This document shows, one piece after another, positions 29,601 through 43,625 of a stretch of 64,000 nt of DNA. The position numbers were made by a program, and so were the translations under genes. The DNA is taken from NCBI GenBank assembly GCA_009103225.1, contig RHPI01002438.1, positions 428,750-492,749 of the forward strand. Direction: 5' to 3'. Under the pieces are notes generated by a model that was not told where the DNA came from, ran no database searches, and was given only the letters and a program-made list of their open reading frames with translations. The first letter of the stretch is position 1, and the number at the start of each line of letters is the position of its first letter. This DNA comes from Chlorokybus atmophyticus (Eukaryota > Plantae > Mesostigma and Chlorokybus algae).

Positions 29601-30886
29601 CCTCCTTAGTGTATAGGCTGTGCTGTAGGGCACACAGTCAACAAGCCACTATAGTAGCCACTATAGTAGCTACTATAGGTAGTGCTGTTTACACAGTTCT
29701 TTGCATGAGCGGAAAATGTGTTACACTGTTAAGTGAGGTAAATGAGCAAGCAACAAGTGGATACTATGCCCTAACTGATGCCAACAAACACACTGCAACC
29801 AGGCACACCAAGCTCACATCAATGACGAGCATGATGCACACACGAGCATGCACAGGCTCTCACATGGTGAAGGGGTTCTTGGGAACCGGGATGGCGTGTT
29901 CGCAGTTCAAGTCGTTTCACAAGCTCTTAGCTTTCTCACTCACAGTGTCACCAGCTGATCCAATGAACACTATGACTACTTATACTAGTCAAATCATGAC
30001 TGTTGAGAACATAAGCTAACGGTCATATCGAGGCTATTTTCACATCAATCGCTACTCGATATGAAGCACAACTTATAACTGAGCTCACAGCTGAACAGCT
30101 ACGCGCGGTGCCTATGTAGGCTATGGTCGTGAGCTACTCTGGAGTCATGACCTAGGTACTGGTCAGTGACGCGCGCGCGCTGGTATGCTGGTAGGCCGGG
30201 CGATGGTTTCAATGTAGACATGCCCGATGAAGGCTGGTTTGCGTGGGCACTAGGCATGACAGTCTTCGTGTATCAATAACATCAGTTAAGTACAGCCAAT
30301 CATCGTACATATGATTTCAATACAAATAAGAAATACACATTTTAATTGTTGAAACACATGCACAAAATTGTACATGGTTACACGCAAACACGACACATTA
30401 ACGACCAACAACACCTAGTAGTCATAAGCGTCGGGGCTCAAACCATTGCAAGCATCCTCCTTTATACATGTCAAACATCGCTTAAATCCGAGACCGGTTA
30501 ATGCCTGAAACTATACAACACGACCTGCTGCAGTATGGTGAAATAAACATGCTTATGAAAGTAGACGAACATATGTTTTCAAGCTCTTGCACGTGAGTAT
30601 AAAAAATTGTACTAGATTATGTCATATTGGTAAGGGACATAGTGAGCCACAACTTATGGCGTTGCAATCTGCACTTTATTGGTCACATCCTACACAACAT
30701 GAACATGTATGTCATGTCTGGATGAAGGGCGCAAGTTTGGCCGCCACAAGCACTCAAAGTTTGAGGGCTATCAGTCTCTGGTGTCCAGTGGTGACGCGAT
30801 TGCGCGGGAACGTCGGCCCGCCACGCTGGCCGCGCGGGCGCGGGGGTCTGGGCTGGCGGGCGCAGCCACCCAAGCCAGGTCCAGAG

Positions 30887-31201
30887 TTTCTCGAAGCTTC
30901 CAGCCGGCGCGCGCGCAACAAAGGCAGCCTGCCAACGGCCTGCCTGGAACCATCGTCGATTCGCCGTTTGGGCCGCCAGAAGCTTCAATTGCGAGCATGC
31001 AAAATCGCTCTCGCCCGCGCTTTGATGCCCCCGAGGAGATCCCCCTAGGACGCCACTTACCGCCGCCAGTAACCCCCGCGGAACCTTCACGCAGGCAGGA
31101 TCGCAGCCGATTAGCAGCCCATTGCAGTTGCATCTAGCTGCAGTAATCGCCTGTACTTAATCTCCGGCAGGTGGCTGCCGACGCCGGTTGGAAGCTTCCA
31201 A
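30887..31201 (+). promoter_or_regulatory. Heat-shock element cluster upstream of HSP70 (TATA-like TATAAG near 31255)
   Basis: Perfect TTCnnGAAnnTTC at 30888-30900, plus GAAnnTTC units near 30980, 31081 and 31191. Confidence 0.75.
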
Positions 31202-31447
31202 AGCTCGTGACTGAGGGGTTAGAGTGAGGAGGCAAGTTTGGCGCTCCCGCCGTATAAGCTGTTGTGAACAGTGTCGGCACCAGTGTGGACGTGTGTGCAT
31301 ACCTGTGTGTGAGTGCCGTTAGTAGCCGGCGGCGGCGGCGGCGTGTAGAGGTCGCTTGGAGGCTTTGTTGGGTGTGCTGCGAAAGGCGAGGAGGTCGCCG
31401 GGTGTGGTCGTTTTGGTTGTCGAGGTTGTGACGTTTGGTGTAGCATA

Positions 31448-33955
31448 ATGGCTGGGAAGGGCGAGGGTCCTGCCATCGGCATCGATTTGGGTACGACATA
31501 CAGCTGCGTCGGCGTTTGGCAGCATGACCGGGTGGAGATCATCGCAAACGACATGGGTAACAGGACGACCCCCAGCTACGTTGCCTTCACAGACACAGAG
31601 AGGCTGATAGGTGATGCCGCGAAGAACCAGGTGGCCATGAACCCGAAGAACACAGTGTTTGACGCTAAGAGGTTGATTGGTCGCCGCTATTCCGACCCCT
31701 CTGTTCAGTCTGACATCAAGCTGTGGCCGTTCGAAGTCAAGTCGGGTCCCGCTGAGAAGCCCATCATCGTTGTCGACTACAAGGGCGAACGCAAGGTATG
31801 TTAGTTGCAGATGCCTGCGCTGGTCACCGCATTTGGCATGGTCTGCGTATGAGTTCTGAAGCAGTGGCTATTCCACGCCGGGATTGCTAGGTTGCATTCA
31901 CGTGTCCTCTGTGCCCCGTGTAGTAAGCTGCTCTTGTTTGTACTGTGTAGTCGTGCGACTCTAAGGGCTGTGCAGCATGAAAGTACATGCATGTTTGGTG
32001 CCGTAATGTCGCGTATTGTCAAGGGCTGTGCCGCATGGGAGTACATGTGTCATTGGCTGCTGTTGTGCTCAAGTTGCGTCTGGAGGTAATTATGGGTCTG
32101 ATTGTCTGTTGTCCCTGCAGGAGTTTGCGGCGGAGGAGATCTCATCGATGGTGTTGGTGAAGATGAGGGAAACTGCTGAGGCCTATCTTGGCAAGGAGAT
32201 TAAGAACGCTGTTGTCACTGTCCCTGCCTACTTCAACGACAGCCAAAGGCAGGCAACCAAGGATGCTGGTGTCATTGCTGGTCTCAATGTGATGCGTATC
32301 ATCAACGAGCCTACAGCTGCTGCCATCGCTTATGGTCTCGACAAGAAGGCAACCTCAGTTGGCGAGAAGAATGTGCTGATCTTCGACCTGGGAGGTGGTA
32401 CCTTCGATGTGTCTCTGTTGACCATTGAGGAGGGTATTTTCGAGGTCAAGGCTACCGCTGGGGATACCCATCTTGGTGGTGAGGACTTCGACAACCGCAT
32501 GGTCAACTTCTTCATGCAGGAGTTCAAGCGCAAGTACAAGAAGGACATTGGCAACAACCCCCGTGCACAGAGGCGGCTACGAACGGCATGCGAGCGCGCC
32601 AAGCGCACTCTGTCATCCACAGCACAAACCAGCATTGAGATCGACTCTCTGTTTGAGGGCATTGATTTCTACAGCACCATCACCCGCGCTCGTTTCGAAG
32701 AGATGAACATTGATCTGTTCCGCAAGTGCATGGACCCTGTGGAGAAGTGCCTGCGCGATGCCAAGATGGACAAGAGCAGCATTGATGAGGTCGTGCTCGT
32801 TGGTGGCTCCACTCGCATTCCCAAGATCCAGCAGATGCTCCAGGACTTCTTCAATGGCAAGGAGCTGTGCAAGGCCATCAACCCCGACGAGGCTGTTGCA
32901 TATGGCGCTGCTGTTCAGGCTGCCATCCTGAGCGGTGAGGGCAATGAGAAGGTGCAGGACCTCCTGCTGCTGGATGTTACCCCACTGTCACTTGGTCTGG
33001 AGACAGCTGGTGGTGTCATGACTGTCCTCATTCCCCGCAACACAACCATTCCCACCAAAAAGGAGCAGGTGGGTTTCAAGCTCGAGTGCGGTGCAACGCG
33101 GTGCACTTGCAGATCTTGCTAGATGTTGGTCGGTACCTGTTGTACTGTGTTTGCTAATTGCTATCTGCTGTGCAACAGGTGTTCTCTACCTACTCCGACA
33201 ACCAGCCAGGTGTGCTCATCCAGGTGTACGAGGGTGAGAGGTCACGAACAAGGGATAACAACCTGCTTGGCAAGTTTGAGCTGTCCGGCATCCCTCCTGC
33301 TCCCCGCGGTGTTCCCCAGATTAATGTCTGCTTCGATATTGATGCCAATGGCATCCTGAACGTGTCTGCGGAGGACAGGACAACTGGTGTTAAGAACAAG
33401 ATTACCATCACAAACGACAAGGGCAGGTGTGTATATCAGTCTACAAATGTATTTTCTTGCAGCTGACTTCATGTATTGCGTGTGCTGCTGGTGACATCCT
33501 CAGTGTCTGACTTCTGTGTTGCACACAGGCTAAGCAAGGAGGATATTGAGCGTATGGTTCAGGAAGCAGAGAAGTACAAGAGCGAAGATGAGGATCATAA
33601 GAAGAAGGTGGAGGCTAAGAACGCCCTGGAGAACTACGCCTACAACATGCGCAACACCCTCCGAGATGAGAAGGTCGCCAGCAAGCTGGACGCTGCTGAC
33701 AAGGAGAAGATGGAGAAGGAGGTCGAGGCAGCCATTGACTGGCTAGAGCACAACCAGCTGGCAGAGAAGGACGAGTTTGACGACAAGCTGAAGGAGCTGG
33801 AGAATCTCTGCAACCCCATCATTGCACGCATGTACCAGGCAGGAGGCGCTGCGCCCGACATGGGTGGTGCTGGTGGCTTCCCAGGCGCTGGTGCCTCAGA
33901 TGATGCTGCTGCTGGCAGTGGCGGCGCCGGCCCCAAGATTGAGGAGGTCGACTAA
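31448..33955 (+). CDS. HSP70: Cytosolic heat shock protein 70, 4 exons
   Basis: [36 protein letters not shown] and C-terminal GPKIEEVD. Three GT-AG introns. Confidence 0.99.
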
Positions 33956-34944
33956 GCTGTACTTTAGGCTAGCTTCACTCAAGGCGATAGACGCCAGTTG
34001 TACAGGCAGGTGCAGCGATTGTGAGTTTTTCCTGCAATCGCCTCCCTATGCACAGGGAGTTGCTCGCAGTTCACTGCCGCTGCGCAGGTTTGGGTGTACG
34101 TTGGACTCTAGGCATTGTTACAATTGGTAGCCATTAGTCTACACAATATGCGCGCTGTTTTTCCTTTTAAAGGAAGGTGTTTTGTCTCACTGCTATTGGT
34201 TTTGGCTGCACCATTGGGTGGTGGGCGGTTGATTGTTGCTCTGGTGCGCTTGTACACTCTGCCCTTTTGCACCTTTTCATGGGTGATGCTGGTATTCAGA
34301 GGTTACATGCCACGATGCTGCAACCACGATCTGAAACTTATAGGCCATATGCGTGACAAGGGATTGGTCATGTTGTACTGTTCAAAAAACAGGCCATAAG
34401 GTAGGTTGAGATGCTAATATGTGTGCAGCCATATGATGATGAATCTAGATGATGTACTTTGCCATGGCTATAGCATAAATGATGGTCCTAGCAGGGTTCA
34501 TGCTTGTTTGGCCAATGCAACATCATTTCAGTGCGCAACTGCCTGCACACAGTGTGGCGTGATTTGTGTTATGAAGGTTCTGCACTTTATTGTGCCAAAC
34601 AATAGAAAGAAAGTGGTAGAGCACTGATGCAGGCATGTACAGCTGCATTAATACAAACTAAGAAGAAAACTAGATACCGCAGCGCATACTCCCTTGTGTT
34701 CTTATATGCTATGACTGCAGCAAGCACAGATGCGAGCCCAAGCCCTGAGCATGTTGCTGTACAACGTGAAGCCATACAACTGTGATGTGTACACACAAAT
34801 CCGTGCGCGCAATGTACTACGCAAGTGAATGGTTTAGAGAGACTGAAACAACCAATCTCTCCCGTACATTGCTATGTACATGGACAATAGCGAGAAGGTT
34901 GCACTGCATACCAGTACCAGCCTGTACAACCAACTCGGGCACAC

Positions 34945-36124
34945 TCACCCCCAGGACACCGGCAGCGGCTTTGTCTTAGTCTTCGCGTCTGCTGCATCCT
35001 CGCGCCCCGAGCGCGCAAGCATCTCCACGTAGTCCTCGTACCACACTTTACCAGTCTCCTCGTCCACCGCAACCTGCATCATGTCCGTCACCTCCTCCGG
35101 CCGGAAGGTGTCTCCAAGCGTCACCATCAGACTCTGCAAGCGCAATGAAGATGAAGAGCCTGAATGGCACACTACTAACACCTCTGTTTGAGGGACTCCG
35201 TTGCAGGTGATTGTGTAGATGCATAGAGTAATAAGTTACCTTGAAGGTCTCCCCATCAATGTACCCTCTCCCCTCTGGATCTAACCCCTGCGCCCCCATA
35301 GTCACTGTCACTTTGCTGCTACTGCAATAGCAACAGCCACAGCACCAACAACAATAGCAACGATTGCTACATGGACAATGGCAACAACAACAACAAAGTA
35401 ACCTGAAATGCGCGCAAGAGGGTGGCCTCCGTGTCTCGAGTGTAGTCTTTCATTTGTTCCAGCAGCACCCTCAGCATGCATTTCTCAAAGCGGTCGTACG
35501 CCACCACGCCTGTGGTGTTGTCTTCGCCCCTCACCTGCACAGGCATGCACTCAACCTCACAGAAACGTGTTAACACACCGTAGTCGTGTTCCTGTCTTTC
35601 CTCCCCTACCTCGTGCAGAATGTCCCGCAGCTGATCCTGCGTCGGGTTCAACCCTAGGGAACGCACAATCGTCGGTATCTCCCTGCACGTAATTAAAGCT
35701 TGCTTGGGTTTTTGTCATGGCCAATGTATTCAACCCTTGACACAGCCTTGCATACATACGTGATGTATTGGTCGACAAGACACATGCATGCCAAGACGCT
35801 AAGGTACAACGGTCTGGTTTGCAAGTTGACAGTTGCAGCATTGGCGTGTACTGAATAACACAGTTCCACCTTATACCTTTCATCGACCTCATTTTTCTTT
35901 TCTTTGGTCTCAAAGAGCGCAAACGCCTTGCGCACCCGTTCCCTGGCGGCGTCCGCTGCCGCCGACTGCGTCTGGGACAGGTAGAGCTGGGTTTGGGGTT
36001 GCACCTGCTGCTGGACTGGCGTCGCCGCCGCCGCCTCTGGCAGTACGCCGGAAGTGGTCACAGCATCCTCCTCCTTCAAATAGGTCCCTTCCACCTCGAC
36101 CACCGGCACCTCCTCCGCACCCAT
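34945..36124 (-). CDS. EF-hand protein, DRC8/EFCAB2-like (nexin-dynein regulatory complex subunit 8)
   Basis: RVRKAFALFE..NEVDEREIPTIVRSLGLNPTQDQL, LLRAFQGLDPEGRGYI and GDTFRPEEVTDMM..AVDEETGKVWYEDYV. The pattern matches EFCAB2/DRC8 better than calmodulin. Confidence 0.78.
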
Positions 36125-37057
36125 GTGCTTCTCCGTGGCGGCTGCGGCGGCCGCGATGTGGGCGACGTGGGCGTAGCAGTTGCTTATCACGTGACCAGTT
36201 TGAGCATCCTTCCGCAAATGCGGAATGTTCCCGTCGTCCTGACTTATGGAAGACGCCAGGACAGGGCTGCTTTGGATGCCCGGGTGTAGAGTTCCCTGGG
36301 CAATCCGCAGTGCACGGCGGTGGGTGGCGGTCAAGCAATAGCATCTAAAGTCCTCCCTGACAGTCTTTACACTTGGGCAGCACGGACACTGACAGCCTTG
36401 CAGCGGTCATGGCCGGTTACTGTCGTCTCCTTGCTGGGTGCTTGCTTTCCGCCGCGTCGGCTGGCTCAATGCGCCCCACGCACCGGTCGCCATGTGCCGT
36501 ACACTGACACACGTTTCCGTTTCCCGCACGAACACGAACGCGCACTCGTCCCGGTACCGCACCAATGTTGTCCTTGCCCTCACGGGACTCAAGGGCTGGT
36601 ACTGTACGTTGCGCCTCAATACGGCCCCCCTGGATACCAGTCAGATAATAAACTTCTTATGAGCGGGTCATTTGCGGTCCTGTCTAATGGAAGGTCCTGG
36701 ACCCATTCTTATGCCGAGTAAGTGCTCTGGGGTCGTTCCTGTGCATGCGCACGTTTGAGATTCCATTGCGATTAGGGTTTCAACTGCTCGCTCCACCGTG
36801 GCGGTGTGGTTGCCGGCGGCGGTGGTGCTGGCGGCGGTGTGGGCAGGGAGCGGTGGAGGAGTGTTGGCTCAGAGGTCTTACTGGAAGCTTCTGACCGCGT
36901 GCAGCTGGACTGGTGCTTTTTACTGTGTCGTCCAATATGGGGCGGGAGACGAGAAGGCAGGGGGCGAGGCGTCAGGTTGCCGGCGGTAGCGGTGGTCTGG
37001 GCGAGGGTAAATGATGGTTGATTGTGCGTGGCTGGAGGTACTGGCCAGGAGCCCGCC

Positions 37058-40000
37058 ATGAGGGGATCTCTGCGCCATCACGGGTATGCTGGAGGCTCAG
37101 CAGCTGCTGCCTCGCCTGATGGAGGCGGTGGAGCGGGAGGGTATGGGGCTTACGGCACCGCTTCTCCTTTCAACCGGGAGCGGGAAAGGGAGCGGGATGG
37201 CGGCGGTGCTGCAGTGGGCATAACCACTTCCAGCACCGCTGCTGGGATGCGCCGGGATCCAATGTCCAGGACATGCCCGGCAGGTCACATGTCTCGCCCT
37301 TTGCTGGACATACCCACGCCTTCCGTCGCGGCAGGATCAGCATTGCCTTACAGGTGCATGACCTTTTGTGATCAAGTAGCTCAATGTTTAGTGGGTTTGT
37401 TGCGCAAACGCTGCAAGCGCAATGATATACTCAAGTGTTGATGGCGATTTCACTTAGTGTCACTTGCACAATGCCACTTCCAAGCCCATGCAAGCGTGTT
37501 TGCCTCGCACATGCTTCGCGCATGCCACTCTCCTTTTGTTGCTTGAACCTACTGGTAGCGGATTGCAATCTGAAACACAACAGGTGTTTGGCCACCGTCC
37601 ACAATGTTTGGATTGGGTACCCAAGCATGTCACAGGTCACATGGCACATAAAGAGGCGGAGGAGGGTGGGGGAGAGTTTAATAGCTCAAAAAACTTGCGA
37701 CTTAAAGCGGGGTTAGTGGACAAGCAAGCTGCAAAGCTCATCCTCATACACTGTTTTCACTTGTGCTCGCAGCCCAACACACTGGCGGCGCATTGATAGG
37801 GGACTTCGAGCCGTGGATATTCGCAATGCAGCACAGGATATGTTGTTGGAAGATGAGCCTGTCACTATGTATTCACCAACTAGTTCAAGCAACAGTGGCT
37901 ATCAGTCCAACGGAGCAAGTAGCTACGGTGGGTCCCCTACACACAGAAGCCATGGAGTGCGAAGACGTGCGACAATCTCAACAGCCCATCGCGCCAGCGA
38001 GCTTCCACCTTTAGCCGTGAACGCACTTTCGCCAGTCACTCCAGGTTTGCGCACGGACAGTGGCCGCTTCCCTACTCCACGCGGGTTTGACGCTGTGGAG
38101 TTCCACTCAGAAAGTGGCCCTCCATCAGTGTCGCATGCGCCTGTGCGCAAGGTATGCTTGATATGCAGCATGTCAGCTGTTCCAGCAGCAATCTCGCCAT
38201 CAGTACAGGAGTCCAGTTGCCTGCAGACGCATTTGTGTCAAACACCTGTATTGTAGACTCGTGGCTATAGCCTGGCAAGCGCTTTGGGGTAGAAATTCTC
38301 AATACTACCCCAAAGCATTGCAAGCGCTTTGGGGTAGAATCACTAACTCTAGAAGGCCTCAACTTTTGCAAGCTTGCATCTAATGCTTTTGAGGTATATG
38401 CATCTGTATGACAAGTCATGGCCTAGAAAACCAGCTGTTTGTCAATGCAGGTGGTTTCGGCACCTACTGCTCCGGGTGGTGGGATGAGCAGCCCAAGACG
38501 GCAAATGCGCTTGTGTAGACCACCTGCAGCACCAACACGCCTCAATACCCATGTGCTGCTTGAAGAAGACCGCTTGCAAAACCGCGGCGTGCCATCACCA
38601 CCAGGTGGAGGTGGGTGCATCTCCACTTGAGCCAATGCCGGTGGCAAGGCTGCACACCCCACCACATCCAATCGCTCCGTTGCCTGTGTCTGTGCAGGAA
38701 CAAGCCTGTCCCCAAATCTTTCCCCAGTAAATCTCCCCTTCAGAAGAGGCTTCCGAGAAGGGCCACTTGCTGCAACCACCTTTACATACAGAACACAGGT
38801 GCGAGGTTCGCATTGAGCCGCAGTCATGCAATCAGCCTATGCGCCAGCAAGTACTTTGGTTGACTTTTTATATTGGGTTAACCTGCTTTCCTATGGCTGC
38901 CAGCATTGCTGATGTGGACGCTGTCGCAGGTTCATGACATGGACTATTCTTATGATGTTCCGCGAGCTGGCTTGACTGATGCATCCAAGGCACAAGCGCT
39001 TGGGGATGCTGCAAAGCGCGGTGACTCCAAAGCAGTCCTTGAGCTTTTGAATGAGGGTGTTGATGTCAATGTAGTTGACACAGGTAATATCTCTGGCAGT
39101 TGTAAGTATTACTTTGCTTGCGATGCCTGTCTACCATACCATGTGTGACCATGACATCATGCAGTCACTCAAAGAACGGCGTTGCACGAAGCTGTAGCAT
39201 GCGTTCACTACGCGGTGGCACAGCTTCTGCTTGAGAATGGGGCCAACCCTGATATTGGGCACCGGAAAGAGGTTAGGCGTACTTTCTGTTGGCTGTGCTC
39301 AGCCTGCTGTTCTTGCATTGTGGCGTGGCGTGTGCTCAAGTAGATGTACAGGGGCCGCCCCTGCTGCATGCGGCATCCTGGGGCAATCACAAGCTGGTGG
39401 AGTTGCTGCTGCAGCATGGAGCTGATGTCAATGCTGTTGACTCTTCACACTACACAGCTTTGCACCTAGCTTGTGAAGGCAGTCACGAGTAGGTTCTGCG
39501 CTACTTGCTGGCAACCCTTGTCATTGCTGATGTTAGGTAATTGCGTTTCTTACCATATGCACGCTGGCGCTGTAGGGCTACGGTGAGGCTGCTGCTTCAA
39601 GCTGCTGCGAATATACGATTGAAGACTCCTGATGGTTATACAGCATTGCAATTGGCGTCTAATGAACGTATCAAGAAACTCTTCCGAGGGGTTATTGGCA
39701 CGCCTGCCGGTCGATTGGTAACACGTGGAGGGGAGCTGTCTCCATTGAGCGGCTCTGCAGCTGGTTCTCCACGTTTCCCAGTGTCGCCGTTAGCTAGATT
39801 TAGCAACGCCGCTGAGTCGGACAGTCCGAACCTAAGCCCGTCTTCAGAAGGTGATAGTCCATTGGCTCGCTCTGCAATCAGCCCAAATGAGAGCCGTTTT
39901 GGCATGCACAGGTAAATGCAAGTTAGTCTGCTGTCATGTACTATGGCACTCCTCCATGCCAACATTGAGCACCCTGCGCAGTCAAGAAGGCGACATGCGG

Positions 40001-42232
40001 TCAGATGAAGATGGCCGTGTTGCCATCTTTACTTCCAGGCGACTAAAGCGCAGCACCAGCAGGTTGGGTCCAGCTGTGGATGCTCCAGCCAGTCCACTTC
40101 CGGCCGAAAGCCCGTCTCATGCTTTCGCCGGTGAATCGATATTCAAGGTGCCTGATCTGGTGCGCTCTGAAGTTGGTGCTGCTGAGCCAATGGAGTATGT
40201 TCGGGTATCGACCATCAGAGAACCCTCCCATGATGGCAAATCTGGCACAACAGCAGTCGATGCTTCTTTTGTGCATCATAAGCGTACCAGCTCGCAGCCT
40301 GATGTGGGGAGTGGCTGGCCAGACCTCACAGAAAACTCAGCACTCGAAAGGACTGCTTCCTTGCCGTATGACAGCATTGTACATAGGATTGAAGCGTTGA
40401 CAGTAGATGAAGAGTTACACCAAGAGCCTGGTCAACGAGATGGCATGGCACACTCAGAAGCACAAACGGCCAACATGAAGGACATTGTGGCAGCTGTACA
40501 GGGCGAATCCAATGGTGGAGTGGGTGAGGGTTGGCAGGTACGATGCAACTGTCTTTTTGTGCCGCATGTGCTGCAACTGCGACACATGCATTGAAGTAGA
40601 CTGAATTGGTTAAGACAGGTCATGTGTGTATGATCAGCAAGAGGTTCTTGAGCAGTATGCTGAGCTTAGGAGTTATAACACTGCACTTGGGATTTGCAGG
40701 GCCCATTTGCAGAGGCCGCGGTTGCAGATGCTGCTGCTGGCGTTGCTGCTACAGATGTCGTCCCACCAACTCCCGGCACAACAAATGCAAAAGCTCAGAC
40801 GCTTGTTGCTGCGCTTCCGGAGGCCAATGGGCTGTTTGACGAGGTGGAACCGCACACAACCGGAGAAATTCAGTGGCTCAAGGGTGAGCTGTTAGGTGAA
40901 GGTGCATATGGCAAGGTAAGGCGACAATCAGTATGTGCACAACATACCATAGCACTCATAGTGCTTGTGCATGGCTTTTTGCTATTATGCTTGACAATGT
41001 TACCCAGCTACTCTGCCAAACAGGTATTCGCCGGGCTCAACCAAGCAACAGGAGAGCTGATGGCAGTCAAACAGCTGAAGCTCATGGATGAGTCCAGAGG
41101 CCCTGAACATATAAAATACATGGCCGCACTGGAGCATGAGCTTTCCTTATACAAGACACTGCGGGACGAACACATTGTTGGCTACCTGGCATGGATGAAG
41201 GACCTCAAGGAAAACTGCCTGTACATTTTCTTGGAGTATGTGGCTGGGGGGTCAATTGCCAGGTACAAGCTCAGCCAGTGGTTCTGGCTTGTGCTATATG
41301 GTTGCTTGCTGTTTTGCAGTTCACCTCAAACATGTACGTGCTTTTGCAGCATGCTGGAGCGCTTTGGCAAGTTCAGTGAGGATCTTGTTCGTCGGTATAC
41401 CCGACAGGTACTGTCAGCTCATGACCTGCAGGCTGATCATGAGTGAGCAGCACCGTCCAACAAGATTGGTGCATTGCCAGGTGTTACAAGGCCTGGACTA
41501 TTTGCACTGCCAAAACATCATTCATCGCGACATGAAAGGTGGGAACGTTCTCATCTCTCGTAATGGTACGGTGAAGCTCGCGGATTTTGGTGCTGCTAAA
41601 GCTTTCAACGAGTCAACGCTCACAAATGGGTTCAAATCTATACGAGGATCTGTCTTTTGGATGGCTCCTGAGGTATGTCTCGCAACATGCACGTCTGTTT
41701 TCATGGTTGATGCGTGTGCACAACACTGTGTCAATGCCATGCTATTCTCAGGTTATCAAGGGGACTGGGTATGGCCGAAGAGCCGACATATGGAGCGTTG
41801 GTTGTACAGTTGTGGAAATGCTCACAGCAAGCCATCCTTGGCCAGAGATGGACAACTCTTGGTCCGCCATCTTCCATATTGCGCAGGTTGTACACCCGTC
41901 ATGGCGGGTTTGCTGCTGTGTGTTATGCAATGTGTTGGCATCTAACAAGGCGTGTTTTGTCAGGCTAAGTCAGGACCTCCCATTCCAGATGGCGTCTCCC
42001 CAACATGTCGCGACTTTCTGGAACGATGTTTTCAGTTAGATGAGAGGCTACGGCCTACTGCTGCGGAGGTTTGTGCTTAGCATCCTTCAGCTTGCATCAG
42101 CTATGTTGCACAGGTGATCCATTTCCTGTGGGATCTGTACTGATCTAATGGTGTGGATCGCAGCTTCTGGAACATCAATTTGTGCAAGTGCCAGATGTTG
42201 TTGGGACACCCTTAGCACAGCGATCCTTTTGA
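37058..42232 (+). CDS. Ankyrin-repeat plus MEKK/STE11-type MAP kinase kinase kinase, multi-exon
   Basis: About four ankyrin repeats ([42 protein letters not shown]), a long Ser/Pro-rich linker, then a kinase domain: [76 protein letters not shown]. Confidence 0.9.
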
Positions 42233-43625
42233 TGTCCACTTGTTTTATACGATAATGTACAGCATATTGAGCCTAGCCTCTCGCTATCAGCTCAGCCGTC
42301 GTGCACCGATCTCAGCATCCTAGCCCATCAGAAGACATATCCTGGTACACGCTATCCTGCTGGTTATGTAGGACTGCATTGTTTATAGAAGATGGTTGCC
42401 TCCCTTGCTTTTCCTCCGTCAAAGGGCTTGGCTTTTGCTTACCGTGCCAATGCTAAGAAAGATGCACAAAACTGAAGTGTGCAAATGGTGTGGCACAGTA
42501 GTAGGTAGTGTGCACCTAGCCCGATGGTCATGATAGAGGTGAGTGTGGTTGTGGTTAAGTGTCCATGTTGCATACGTCACGTGCATTCTCTGTACACTGG
42601 TCCCATGCAAGTTAACACATGCAGCACCACGAAGCGGAGGGAGTGAGGGTGTGGGTGAAAAAAAGCGGGAGAGAGTGCGAGGGGCGAGGGGAGTCCGTGT
42701 TCTGCTCATGCTGCTGGCTGAGGCAGCCGCATGGAAGACTAACTAGCTGCTCATTCGTGCAGGTAAAGACTATAGATTGCCATGCATGCACTGCGTGATG
42801 TCTAACGGGGTAGTGGTAGTTAGTGTCGTGCTCAGTGAGTAGCTAGGCTAACATGTAGCCTGGTGGTGTCATATGTATATGCATGCATGCGGTATGCTGA
42901 GTTGATATGTGAGTGTGCTTTGCATGCGGTGTGCTTTGCATGCGCGTGATGCATCTTGCATCTTGTGTACACACATTGGTTACCACAAGGTCGCAGGTTA
43001 CCATAGCATCAGCTCGTGCTAGCTCATTCCGGCACAAGCATTGCAAGTCTTGTGTCACAACACGTAGCAAGCCAAGCGTGTGTGCAACAAGTGCTGTCCT
43101 GATTGAAATGCATAGCTGACCTTATGTCAGGAAGCTGACGAAGCTGAAGCACAGCACCAGTTTTGGCTCTGTTATGCAGTAATAAACCTCGGTAGCAAGC
43201 CAGTCCCACATGAAAGACCGCTCTGATTGTGTGGTGATGCAATGCTACGACTGATACCTGATGCAATGCTAGAAGCCTGCTTGCATGCAGCTGCTGAGTG
43301 AGTTCAAAGCGGTTCACTCACGTCTGCATTGCCTCACCAATCATGCACTCGTGTCAGCACTTGAAGCGGCCGCGTTTAGAGCTGTTGCGTTTCAGCATTG
43401 TCGCTGGCGGCGAGTTTGGTCGCCTCGAGCCGCCTCTCGAGGAGTGCAGCGAGAGAAGCGGGAGAAAAAGTTGCTCAGGCGGTTGTCTGCACAGACGCTC
43501 TCTGCCGGGCTTGCTGGCAGTGTAGTTTTCCAGGCTGGGGTCTCTCAGGAATTACCATCTACACTGTACACCGACGCACAGGAGGGGGGTGGATTGCGGC
43601 GCCCAGGTGGCGCGTGGGTGGATAA

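Noticed and set aside
26700-30600. Coding genes in the region between CRAL-TRIO and HSP70 (acidic stretch at 27070-27140, ORF 29534-30019)
   Set aside because: Short frames interrupted by stops, no recognisable domains or consistent splice model. Left unannotated.
31796-33528. snoRNAs (for example U14) in HSP70 introns, and U58-like in RPL17 introns
   Set aside because: No paired box C/box D with antisense elements found. HSP70 intron 1 only shows a degenerate 58-bp tandem duplication (31963 and 32021).
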